A stretch of DNA of 58,658 bases from IMG/VR virus record IMGVR_UViG_3300025608_000023, positions 1 through 58,658 of that record, one strand, 5' to 3'. The position numbers and the translations under genes are program-made. The notes below the pieces were generated by a model. That model saw only the letters and a program-made list of their open reading frames with translations, was not told where the DNA came from and searched no databases. This DNA comes from a virus (lineage: Duplodnaviria; Caudoviricetes). The stretch's first letter is position 1. Every line of letters begins with the position of its first letter. This document shows positions 49,296 through 57,644 of the stretch, in pieces.

Positions 49296-49469
49296 CTATT
49301 CCTCACTTAATTGTTCAGCTAGTATAATCCAGCCACCTACAAAACAGGCAACACTACCAGCGATAGCATAACCCCACAATGGTGCGCCTGTCTCGTGTAA
49401 TTGGATAAAACCAAATAGACCACAGACTGCACCCGATACAATCATAAACATTAATCCCATGATATACAT
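49296..49469 (-). CDS. 57-aa two-TM membrane protein
   Basis: Manual translation MYIMGLMFMIVSGAVCGLFG...LWGYAIAGSVACFVGGWIIL. Confidence 0.45.
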   Translation of the reverse strand: MYIMGLMFMIVSGAVCGLFGFIQLHETGAPLWGYAIAGSVACFVGGWIILAEQLSEE

Positions 49470-49668
49470 AATACATTTTACCTCTTATTAGCCTGTATTT
49501 TTAGTAATTGAATTGTGGCATAACGTGCCTCTGCCCTTGGCAAAAATTCCCGAAAAACTCGATATATTTTTTGTGCTTTCGTCATGATACGTCCTCTATA
49601 GTTTGTTTGCTTATGATGTAAAGATGGGGTGCAATGCCCACCATGTCAATAGACATTGCACCTTTTAT

Positions 49669-50100
49669 TTATGCGGCAGTCTTTGCCTTGCGTCCGAAGA
49701 AGCGGCGAGGTTTTACCTCCAGCTTCACTGCCTTGTTAGTTTTACAAAGCAGATCAGTAACACTGACCAGACCAAATTCTTCTGGCTCAATCGGGTTTGA
49801 GTTTTTGCCTTTGATCTCATTCTCTGCCCATTTTAGGACCATTGCGAAAGTTAGCGGGGCATTGTCCTGAATTTTTGTGCCATACTCTGCCTTCAATGCT
49901 CGTGCCGCTTTACGAGCCGCAATCTGGCATTGTGTCATGCTGAGTGACACCTTAAACTTTTTCTCAGCTAAACGGTTAACACGCAGGTAATTTTTATCAT
50001 TCAGCAAGGTTCGCGTTTGTGAGGTCATGCCGCCATTAGCGCGAACGTATGCCTCAAGAGTGTAAGAACCTAGTGAAATTTCAAAGTTACGAGTAGCCAT
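49669..50100 (-). CDS. Basic early hypothetical protein
   Basis: AGGAG RBS with its own promoter upstream. Confidence 0.7.
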   Translation of the reverse strand: MATRNFEISLGSYTLEAYVRANGGMTSQTRTLLNDKNYLRVNRLAEKKFKVSLSMTQCQIAARKAARALKAEYGTKIQDNAPLTFAMVLKWAENEIKGKNSNPIEPEEFGLVSVTDLLCKTNKAVKLEVKPRRFFGRKAKTAA

Positions 50101-50144
50101 TTTTATATTCTCCTGTGTTGGTTACATTTTTATTGTGTGGGCCT

Positions 50145-50173
50145 TATATAAGCCCTTATTGACAGCTTGTCAA
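50145..50173 (-). promoter_or_regulatory. Early promoter whose -35 lies in the inverted repeat TTGACA-GCT-TGTCAA
   Basis: TTGACA-N17-TATATA on the - strand. Confidence 0.65.
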
Positions 50174-50175
50174 TT

Positions 50176-50221
50176 AAAAAATTTGTTAGGGGGCAATCAC
50201 AAGTGGCATAAGACTGCCCCC
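50176..50221 (-). terminator. Terminator-like hairpin
   Basis: GGGGGCAGTC/GATTGCCCCC stem with a downstream T run on the - strand. Confidence 0.5.
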
Positions 50222-50511
50222 AGATATGTTTGGTATATTTACTATTTCAAACAGCGCGTAGTCAATAGGCGTAGGCGTAGGCGTTGCAGGTTATTTCTGG
50301 GTTTAACCAGCCCGACAACCTGCTATCGGGTATGTGGTAGGCGCGACTAGCTGACGTTGCCGAAGCGGTTACAGTCTTAGTCTGGGTTATCTGGCTATCC
50401 CTGCGCTATAAAAGCGAGTGCATTGGCCTGATGAATATTAAATAATAACTGCTTAAATAAATGTCAATAGGCGTAGGGCATTTTTATGTGATACCCAGCA
50501 CATTTTCAAGT

Positions 50512-50787
50512 TTAGTTTTTAATCCGCTTTTTCATCTCGTTGATGCAAGCCCTATAAAAGCCATATTGAAACGCATTATCAGCAGGGTCAATATCAAACG
50601 ATAGCAACGCATGGGCGGCATCTAGACCGTCAAATTCCATTTCCAGCCTAGCGCATTCATAGCCGCTTTCATAGTCGCTTTCATAGTCGCTTTCATGGCC
50701 GCCATAGCACTCATAGCAAAATACATCATCCGCGTCATGGCAGTATATGGATGCATTGCGCTGGTCACAACTTGCACATTTACTCAT
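50512..50787 (-). CDS. Early protein with CxxC...CxxC and ESDY repeats
   Basis: CASC...CYEC; 12-bp in-frame repeats at ~50657-50700. Confidence 0.55.
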   Translation of the reverse strand: MSKCASCDQRNASIYCHDADDVFCYECYGGHESDYESDYESGYECARLEMEFDGLDAAHALLSFDIDPADNAFQYGFYRACINEMKKRIKN

Positions 50788-50792
50788 ATCAT

Positions 50793-51032
50793 TTACCCCG
50801 TAAAAGGTGGCTCCATAGGCCATGTGGTTACAATTTCAAAGTCATCAGTCATCCAGCGTATATCACCAGTCTGGATGGATTGCAAGAGCATTGACCCACT
50901 AGGCCATGCTGGTGTGCTTTTAGGCAAGGGCAACACCTGCCATAGCACACCATGCTCATGGACACGGTTCTTGCCATGTCTTGTTTTGCCTTGCAATTTA
51001 ACAATCTTTTCGGTTTGCATTTCATACCCCAC
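50793..51032 (-). CDS. Hypothetical early protein
   Basis: GKTRHGKNRVHEHG motif. Confidence 0.55.
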   Translation of the reverse strand: MGYEMQTEKIVKLQGKTRHGKNRVHEHGVLWQVLPLPKSTPAWPSGSMLLQSIQTGDIRWMTDDFEIVTTWPMEPPFTG

Positions 51033-51106
51033 TTTCTGTTGTCTTGTATTACATATGGTTATTAATTCGAGATATTCAATAGTCTAAACAAAAATAAATT
51101 AAATAT

Positions 51107-51180
51107 TTTTCTGCGCGATAGCCTAGTTTGCAATTTTCTGCGCGATAGCCTAGCCTGTATTTTTCTGCGCGATCGGCCTA
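51107..51180. repeat. Three tandem 27-bp-period repeats, core TTTTCTGCGCGAT
   Basis: Copies at 51107, 51134 and 51161 beside an AT-rich tract. Confidence 0.9.
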
Positions 51181-51255
51181 TGATAGTTCCCATGCCCGAT
51201 AAAATAGGCATGATAGGCAGTTTTGCGTGATGCCTAGCACGTTTTGGTTTTTGCC

Positions 51256-52017
51256 TTAATGAGTGAGGAACACGACCGGCTTTGATGATTGCCAGCATAA
51301 GCCGCACGCGCCGCAATCACTAACCAATGTTTCCTCGTCTTTTTTAGCTAGCTTGCCTGTTTCTTTGCTTATTTGCGTGGGGCATTGGAAGGCCTGTTTA
51401 TCTGCTAGCATATCCCGCGCCTGTTTTTCATCCGCCGATAATGCCGCGAATTGATCGCTATATGATCCGCTGAACCGAACAGCAAACCTAATGCCACAAG
51501 CGGCACGCAATGACGCTACAGCTTGCCCGATACCGCGTTCGGTATCGTTTACCGCGTCAAACTGATTAGCGGTATATCCATATACATGCAAAGCCGGAAA
51601 CATGCCTAACCATTTCGCCCATTGTGCGACATATGAAACCGAATAGAAATCGCCTAAAACGTGCAACCGCACAAGAAAGCCGTTCGGATGCTTTGCCTGT
51701 AAGTCATGCAATTCGCTTTCCATCATAGCAAGCAATTCATCGTCCGCATTGTAGCGGATCGCAAACATCATATTATTGCCATAACAAGTCGAATAATGCT
51801 TGCACGATATCGGGCACGTTGCGCGTTCTTGTAATGTTACAGTGTAAATGGGCATGCCTTTTAATTTGCCGCGCGTGACTTTTTTGCCAAGTTTGACGTT
51901 CGTGCTTTTCTTGATCACTCGTTCGGTTTTTCCCATGCCATCGGAAACCGATTTAACGCGGTTGCTATACACTGAAACGTTGTTGTTGATTGCGATTTGT
52001 GTTTTCGTCATTTCCAT
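51256..52017 (-). CDS. Gene88 (GP88)-like Cys-rich protein, possibly Fe-S binding
   Basis: TCPISCKHYSTCYG, VRLHVLGDF, YGYT, CPTQ...CGACGLCW. Confidence 0.7.
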   Translation of the reverse strand: MEMTKTQIAINNNVSVYSNRVKSVSDGMGKTERVIKKSTNVKLGKKVTRGKLKGMPIYTVTLQERATCPISCKHYSTCYGNNMMFAIRYNADDELLAMMESELHDLQAKHPNGFLVRLHVLGDFYSVSYVAQWAKWLGMFPALHVYGYTANQFDAVNDTERGIGQAVASLRAACGIRFAVRFSGSYSDQFAALSADEKQARDMLADKQAFQCPTQISKETGKLAKKDEETLVSDCGACGLCWQSSKPVVFLTH

Positions 52018-52042
52018 CGTTTTAGATCCTTATTCGATTAGA

Positions 52043-52267
52043 TTAAAATTCAAAGCCGACATAGACTAGCGTATTACTTTTCAGAAATATCTCGCGATTC
52101 ATATCGTGCCAGTCGGATAACGACCATGTTTTACTTGCGCGATCATAGTGGTTGACGACATAGACTGTTTTTGCATCCGGCTTGCGTTTTACAAGATCGC
52201 CGGGGCCGACATGCCGCAATGCTATTTCATTTACGATATCGCCGCTATTTGTCTGGATCTGTTTCAT
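52043..52267 (-). CDS. Hypothetical early protein
   Basis: AAGGGA RBS; KRKPDAKTVY. Confidence 0.6.
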   Translation of the reverse strand: MKQIQTNSGDIVNEIALRHVGPGDLVKRKPDAKTVYVVNHYDRASKTWSLSDWHDMNREIFLKSNTLVYVGFEF

Positions 52268-52280
52268 TGGTTTAAATCCC

Positions 52281-52487
52281 TTATTTTAGGTTTTCGTATA
52301 AATCGGCTTCAAACAAAGCAAGCGCGTGGAGAATAGCGTCCTGTTCCCTTGCGCCGTGCTTAAAATGGGAAACAGGGCTAGTCATTACCATATTTTCTTC
52401 GCGGGCAATGTCGTGAAGATCATACCCCCATTTTTTAAAATCTGCCATGCAATCTTCAATAATCTTGTGATATGTTTGATTAGTCAT
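52281..52487 (-). CDS. First gene of the early arm, hypothetical
   Basis: ORF next to the divergent noncoding region; start uncertain. Confidence 0.5.
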   Translation of the reverse strand: MTNQTYHKIIEDCMADFKKWGYDLHDIAREENMVMTSPVSHFKHGAREQDAILHALALFEADLYENLK

Positions 52488-53019
52488 TGGTTTAACTTTC
52501 ATATAATTGGACATAGTGTTTATGTAGGTATTCATTAGCAGTATTCAATACCCCGATCAACAATAAAATTTTTTTATTTGTATTATATAAGTATTACTTA
52601 GGGGATATCATGCACGGCTGTTCAACATCCGGTGTAGTTTGGTAAAGCATGCCTTTTCACTACTGTTTATAAACGTCAATAGATAACAGATCAATTGACG
52701 CGGGATTAAATGCTTATAAAACATCAACAAAAACAATGCTTTACGTTATATTCACCGATACTTTTGTTATTTTTGCCCAATTTGCAGAGAGATCTATCTT
52801 TTTTTGCGGGGGTATGCAGGAGCCACCCGGCGTAGCGTAGTATATGTATACGTATATCTACACAGATCAGGAAAATAGAGTGTTAACCACAAGGGTAACT
52901 GTTACACCTATATGCACAAGCAATGTGCAACATGCCTATTTTTTAATCACATATACCAATAGTGTTGCATAAATGTCACACTCTAATAAGAAAATGAAGT
53001 GCCTTATTAATTTTAGGGA

Positions 53020-53048
53020 TTGACAAGATATGGTAAATTGGATATAAT
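53020..53048 (+). promoter_or_regulatory. Perfect consensus sigma70 promoter opening the + strand arm
   Basis: TTGACA-N17-TATAAT. Confidence 0.85.
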
Positions 53049-53065
53049 TACACTATAACTAAACT

Positions 53066-53130
53066 ACACTTAAATGCACACTTAGATGTTTTAGTTAAAA
53101 TAAAAGAACACTTAAATGCACACTTAGATG
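53066..53130 (+). repeat. 23-bp direct repeat ACACTTAAATGCACACTTAGATG, two copies
   Basis: Copies at 53066 and 53108; further CACTTA/TAAGTG units to ~53174. Confidence 0.9.
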
Positions 53131-53207
53131 GAAGACATTTTCTTCGTTAACTCACTTAAGTGTACATATAAGTGATATATCCGTATTAATAAAGAAAGTT
53201 CTTGACA

Positions 53208-53420
53208 ATGGCGAAGAAATCTGTAAAACTATACACAGACAATGTACTTGATGCATTCTATAATGCTATCGTAAATAATACATTAGACAAACTCCACATA
53301 CCCCACAGTGATGTTTTCTACGTGCGACAGGCAGTAGAGGCACACTATGGTCGTTCTTTTACTTTGAAGCACGTAGAAGATGCTATGAGAGCAGAGGGCT
53401 GGACAGAGAAGAACGAGTAG
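53208..53420 (+). CDS. Hypothetical protein
   Basis: HIPHSDVFYVR motif; first ORF after the promoter. Confidence 0.65.
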   Translation: MAKKSVKLYTDNVLDAFYNAIVNNTLDKLHIPHSDVFYVRQAVEAHYGRSFTLKHVEDAMRAEGWTEKNE

Positions 53421-53424
53421 CTAA

Positions 53425-53622
53425 ATGTTTACTGCCATAGTACTAGCTTGTATAATGACTGCACCAGACACGTGTGTAGAGGCAGTGGATACTCGTGGCC
53501 CATACCCTACTGAAGAGCAGTGTGTGATGAGAGCATATCAGATGATGACGGAGTTACAGGTTTTATTTCCTGTGCCGCATAAATATGAATACAAGTGTGT
53601 ACCTAAAGGAACTGAGATATGA
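53425..53622 (+). CDS. Small four-Cys protein with hydrophobic N-terminus
   Basis: MFTAIVLAC...GPYPTEEQC...YKC. Confidence 0.65.
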   Translation: MFTAIVLACIMTAPDTCVEAVDTRGPYPTEEQCVMRAYQMMTELQVLFPVPHKYEYKCVPKGTEI

Positions 53623-53912
53623 GTGTACCTGAGAGAGTTAAAACTAAGATGAAGGAGGAGGGGCTTACTGGCGTTAATAAGCCGAAGCGTACTCCCAAGC
53701 ATCCAACTAAGTCACACTGCGTAATGGCTAAAGAAGGTGACACATATAAATTTATTCGCTTTGGACAGCAAGGCGTATCAGGTGCTGGGAAGAACCCTAA
53801 GTCTGCTAAAGACAAAGCACGTAAGAAGTCCTACTACGCACGTCACAATGCACAGGGCAAGCCGACCAGCAAGCTGTCAGCGAAGTACTGGTCTCATAAA
53901 GTTAAATGGTAG
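53619..53912 (+). CDS. Basic hypothetical protein
   Basis: NKPKRTP...IRFGQQG...RKKSYYARH...SAKYWS. Confidence 0.75.
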   Translation: MSVPERVKTKMKEEGLTGVNKPKRTPKHPTKSHCVMAKEGDTYKFIRFGQQGVSGAGKNPKSAKDKARKKSYYARHNAQGKPTSKLSAKYWSHKVKW

Positions 53913-53926
53913 TATAGGAGACACCA

Positions 53927-54913
53927 ATGGCTAAAGATGATGATAATATGTTTACTGTACCTAAAGCGTTTAGATCAGACGCGGGTAGATATTATGACAC
54001 ACAAGGTAAAAAACCTGACGAAAAAAAGTATGCACGACTAATGGCTGACCTAGCGTCACTAGCAATACCGGGTGGTATTATTGCAAAGGGTGTATTTAAA
54101 TTTGGTAGACTTACAGGGCCAAAAGCTGTTGAAGCGGCTCGTAAAGCTATTATTAAAGCAAAAGAAGCTAAGGCAAAGAAAGCAATAGAACAAGCAGGTA
54201 AAAATTTAAAACAGCAAAGTGAAGTTGCAAAAGCAACTAAACCTAAACCTAAACCACAGTCTGAGGCAGCGCGAGTACAACAGAAACCAAAAGTAATGCC
54301 AAAGCCGGGTAAAGCAGTTACACGTGTTAAACCTTCTGCTGCTGCTGCGAAGCGTATGCCAAAGCCGGGTATGAAAAAAGCTACAGTAACTTCTTCTAAA
54401 ACTAGGGCAAAACCTGAACTAAAAAAACCTGCAACGTCAAAACCTGTAGCATCGTCAACTAGCAGTAATCTAAAAAAAGCAGCCGTAGTTGCCGCAGGTG
54501 TAGGATTAGCAGATAAAATTATAAGGGATGGAAAACCTGCAGATGCAGCATCTCGCAATAAACGGGGTGGCGGTGGACCATCAACACGCGGTGGAATACG
54601 CGGCACAAATCTGAAGCCGGGTAGTGGTGGACCAGCAACACGTGGTGGAAAGCGTGGGACAAAAAAGACTGTAGTAAAGCCTAACAACAAAGCTGTACGT
54701 ACTTCTATTTCAGCAAGTAAGAACACAGGATTTGGTCCTAAAGGTAATATTTTCCCTAGCAATGCGGCTGAACGTGCAGCACTTATGAAAATGTACGGTG
54801 GTACAGGTTCAGCAGCAGCAAAGGCAGCGGCGGCAGGTACTCAAGGAAACATTAAAGCAGGAAAAGCAGCATTAGCGGCAGCGAAAAAAGCACGTCTACA
54901 AAAAGGGAAATAA
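53927..54913 (+). CDS. Lys/Ala-rich histone-H1-like protein with RGG motifs
   Basis: AGGAG RBS; repeated MPKPG and GGPxTRGGxRGT. Confidence 0.7.
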   Translation: MAKDDDNMFTVPKAFRSDAGRYYDTQGKKPDEKKYARLMADLASLAIPGGIIAKGVFKFGRLTGPKAVEAARKAIIKAKEAKAKKAIEQAGKNLKQQSEVAKATKPKPKPQSEAARVQQKPKVMPKPGKAVTRVKPSAAAAKRMPKPGMKKATVTSSKTRAKPELKKPATSKPVASSTSSNLKKAAVVAAGVGLADKIIRDGKPADAASRNKRGGGGPSTRGGIRGTNLKPGSGGPATRGGKRGTKKTVVKPNNKAVRTSISASKNTGFGPKGNIFPSNAAERAALMKMYGGTGSAAAKAAAAGTQGNIKAGKAALAAAKKARLQKGK

Positions 54914-54914
54914 A

Positions 54915-55178
54915 ATGGCTAAAATGAAAACACCTGTATCAAAGACCGACACAATGGACAATGCTGTAAAAAACATGAACGTGACGGAACTAACAAAGAC
55001 TATTGCTGACCCTAAAACACCAGCACCTATTCGGAAGGCTGCTAAACGTAAGCTAGATAGACTGTCAAATGCAGACAGAACTGCAATGATGGGTGGTGGC
55101 TACGCTACCAAAAAGATGGCTAAAGGTGGGTACGCTAACTGCGGTGCATCTGTACCGGGTACACAGCGTAATAAATAA
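54915..55178 (+). CDS. Basic protein with two MxxGGY motifs
   Basis: MMGGGYATKKMAKGGYA. Confidence 0.65.
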   Translation: MAKMKTPVSKTDTMDNAVKNMNVTELTKTIADPKTPAPIRKAAKRKLDRLSNADRTAMMGGGYATKKMAKGGYANCGASVPGTQRNK

Positions 55179-55179
55179 C

Positions 55180-55500
55180 ATGGCCCCCGCTAAAAAGAAA
55201 GCCCCAGCAAAGAAGAAAAAGATGTCTGTAGGAGGCGTGGCTAAGAAGCGTAACTACCGTAAGGAGTACGACAATTACCACGCTAACCCTACACAAGTTA
55301 AACGGCGTACTGCTAGGAATGCGGCTCGTGGGGCTTTAATCAAGTCTGGTGCTGTTAGGAAGGGTGACGGTAAAGACGTGGCCCATCGTAATGGTAATCC
55401 TACAGACAATAGACGTTCTAACTTATCTGTACAGCGTCCTTCACAGAATAGGTCTTTTGCACGTACAAAGACTGCAGGTAAAAGGAATAGACAAGCATAA
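55180..55500 (+). CDS. HNH-like basic protein
   Basis: RNYRKEY...KGDGKDVAHRNGNPTDNRRSNL...NRS. Confidence 0.7.
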   Translation: MAPAKKKAPAKKKKMSVGGVAKKRNYRKEYDNYHANPTQVKRRTARNAARGALIKSGAVRKGDGKDVAHRNGNPTDNRRSNLSVQRPSQNRSFARTKTAGKRNRQA

Positions 55501-56258
55501 TGAGTATTACTAGCTATCCAGAAAAAGTAACCTTTGGTGGCGGGGTAGGTGACTACCCTTACTACCTACAGGTATCTCGTGGGCTTGTTGCTGGACACAA
55601 GCGTGTATTCAAATTCGGATATAACGAAGAAATACAAAACATCGAAGAGACCATTTGGGATGTGGGTGGTATATATGCTTACCCATCTAGTGCTGTAACA
55701 ATGACAGCGACAAGTAGTTCAGGTGCTACAGACGAAAACGTACAAGTTACCATTCAAGGTTTAGACGCAAGTTACAATGAATTATCTGAAACAGTAACAC
55801 TGAATGCATCAGGAACTGCAACAACAACAGGTAGCTTTTTAAGAGTAAATCGTGCTTTTGTTGCAAGTGGCACAGCATCTGCAGGAAACATCACAATTGC
55901 AAATGGTGGCACAACATACGCTTATGTATCAGCTTTGCATCAACAAACCCTGATGGCAGTATGGACTGTACCTGCAGGTTATACAGGCTATTTATTTCAA
56001 GTAGATACAACTGCTTTTACGGTACAGAACAATAAAGTTGCTACCATAAGAATGATAACAAGAGAATTAAATGGTGTATTTCGTACTCAACAGAAGTTTG
56101 ATTTGTTTCAAGCGTCATATCATCAAGACATTGTTTGCCCACAGCCAATACTTGAAAAAACCGATATTGAGTTTCGTGCTGTAGCAGACAGTTCAAATGC
56201 TGACTTACGAGTTTCTGCGACCTTTGACATTATCTATATAGAGAACACAGCACCATGA
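55500..56258 (+). CDS. Hypothetical protein, possibly structural
   Basis: Ser/Thr-rich beta protein, FKFGYN, WTVPAGYTGY. Confidence 0.7.
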   Translation: MSITSYPEKVTFGGGVGDYPYYLQVSRGLVAGHKRVFKFGYNEEIQNIEETIWDVGGIYAYPSSAVTMTATSSSGATDENVQVTIQGLDASYNELSETVTLNASGTATTTGSFLRVNRAFVASGTASAGNITIANGGTTYAYVSALHQQTLMAVWTVPAGYTGYLFQVDTTAFTVQNNKVATIRMITRELNGVFRTQQKFDLFQASYHQDIVCPQPILEKTDIEFRAVADSSNADLRVSATFDIIYIENTAP

Positions 56259-56590
56259 CAACTAAAAATCGTACGATAGCTAAACTTCTTACTGCAAGTA
56301 ATGTAGACTTATACACAGTCCCTGCTAATTATGAAGCTAATATTAAAAGTATTTACGTAAATAATGCGTCAGCTAGTACACAAACATTTAGCTTAGACTA
56401 TTACGATGTACAGAACACTACATATCACACACTAGCAGAAACAGTTAGTATGCCCCCTAATTCACTGCTACAGATTACAGATAGCCTGTGGTTCTATAAG
56501 GGTGATAAGTTTCGTGGACTAGCTAGTGCTACAGACTCTATTACCGTAGTCTTCAACGTAGAAGAGACATTTATACCACAGAGAGGATAA
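56255..56590 (+). CDS. Hypothetical protein, possibly structural
   Basis: LYTVPAN...IYVNN beta-sandwich pattern. Confidence 0.7.
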   Translation: MTTKNRTIAKLLTASNVDLYTVPANYEANIKSIYVNNASASTQTFSLDYYDVQNTTYHTLAETVSMPPNSLLQITDSLWFYKGDKFRGLASATDSITVVFNVEETFIPQRG

Positions 56591-56595
56591 AGGAG

Positions 56596-56958
56596 ATGCC
56601 CCTAACAACTAAAGGTACTAAGATTAAATCAGCAATGAAAAAGAAGTACGGGGAGAAAAAGGGTGAACAAGTCTTCTACGCAGCAGCCAACAAAGGAACA
56701 GTTAAAGACGTGGAGAAAAAGCAAGAGTTTAAGAAAGGTGGGTCAGTTAGAAAAACTAGCAAACCGAAGGTCACTAAAAAGAAGAGCAAAAGTAGAGTTA
56801 ATGAAGCTGGCAACTACACTAAGCCAACACTAAGAAAGCGTTTGTTCGAGAAGATTAAAGCTGGCAGCAAGGGTGGTAAGCCCGGTCAGTGGTCAGCACG
56901 TAAGGCACAGATGCTTGCACGTGAATATAAAGCAGCGGGGGGCGGCTATAAGAACTAA
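56596..56958 (+). CDS. Basic protein containing the N-terminal half of a DUF5872-like domain
   Basis: YTKPTLRKRL...GSKGGKPGQWSARKAQMLAREYKAAGGGY; AAGGAG RBS. Confidence 0.75.
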   Translation: MPLTTKGTKIKSAMKKKYGEKKGEQVFYAAANKGTVKDVEKKQEFKKGGSVRKTSKPKVTKKKSKSRVNEAGNYTKPTLRKRLFEKIKAGSKGGKPGQWSARKAQMLAREYKAAGGGYKN

Positions 56959-57416
56959 TGGATATTGAAGGTCTGTCCAAAGGTATAGGTGTAATTACAG
57001 CAACACTGGCATTGATTGGCGGTGGCTATACACTATATGATAAACTTGGCATAGACGACCCTATCCTAACGTGGTCGCCAGAACACTTTAAAATATCCGA
57101 TGGTCCACGAGACGGTGAGTTTAAAGTTGCCGTAGCCAGAGAAAAACATAGGGATGACTGCACAGTTACTGATTTTATATTGGATGTACGTGACAGTGAA
57201 ATGTTTGTACATAAGGCTACGCCATCAATTACAAAGTTTATGGGTCCAGCCACAGACAAGGTGGATACCTTTGCGTACACGATTAAATTAGATAAGCCAG
57301 AAAAGGCTGCTACAGGAAAGGCTACATTAATAGCATACATTCATTACGAATGTCCTGAAGGACAAGTTGTCGTCAACTACCCCGACCACGAAAACTTGAC
57401 GTTTAACATTGAATAG
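56958..57416 (+). CDS. Cassette B gene 1: N-terminal TM plus beta-rich domain with 2 Cys
   Basis: IGVITATLALIGGGY; ATG overlaps upstream TAA. Confidence 0.7.
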   Translation: MDIEGLSKGIGVITATLALIGGGYTLYDKLGIDDPILTWSPEHFKISDGPRDGEFKVAVAREKHRDDCTVTDFILDVRDSEMFVHKATPSITKFMGPATDKVDTFAYTIKLDKPEKAATGKATLIAYIHYECPEGQVVVNYPDHENLTFNIE

Positions 57417-57644
57417 ATGGAACACGTATTTCTGCTTCTTGTTTATTTAGGTACAGGAGACTTTCGTACTTTAATCAGTGGCGATATGTACTTTAGAAAT
57501 ATAAACGAGTGTAATTACTTTGCTAGTCAAGCATCTAAACGGTATGGCAATTACCAATACAATAATTATTTAGACCCAAAGGATAGAGTTACTGCCTATT
57601 GTGTCCCTAAATATCTTAACCCTGAAAATATAAGGATATACTAA
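57417..57644 (+). CDS. Cassette B gene 2: small two-Cys protein
   Basis: HVFLLLVYLG...YFRNINEC...AYCVP. Confidence 0.65.
   Translation: MEHVFLLLVYLGTGDFRTLISGDMYFRNINECNYFASQASKRYGNYQYNNYLDPKDRVTAYCVPKYLNPENIRIY

Noticed and set aside
50657-50700. 12-bp tandem repeat as a regulatory element
   Set aside because: It is in frame within a CDS (ESDY repeats) and is most simply slippage.
51107-51180. Mini CRISPR array
   Set aside because: The period is only 27 nt with about 7 variable bases, too short for spacers; no cas operon.
53992-54762. Long antisense ORFs (also 35753-36466, 16137-16601, 10603-11073)
   Set aside because: Shadows of biased-codon genes on the opposite strand, without RBS or recognisable motifs.
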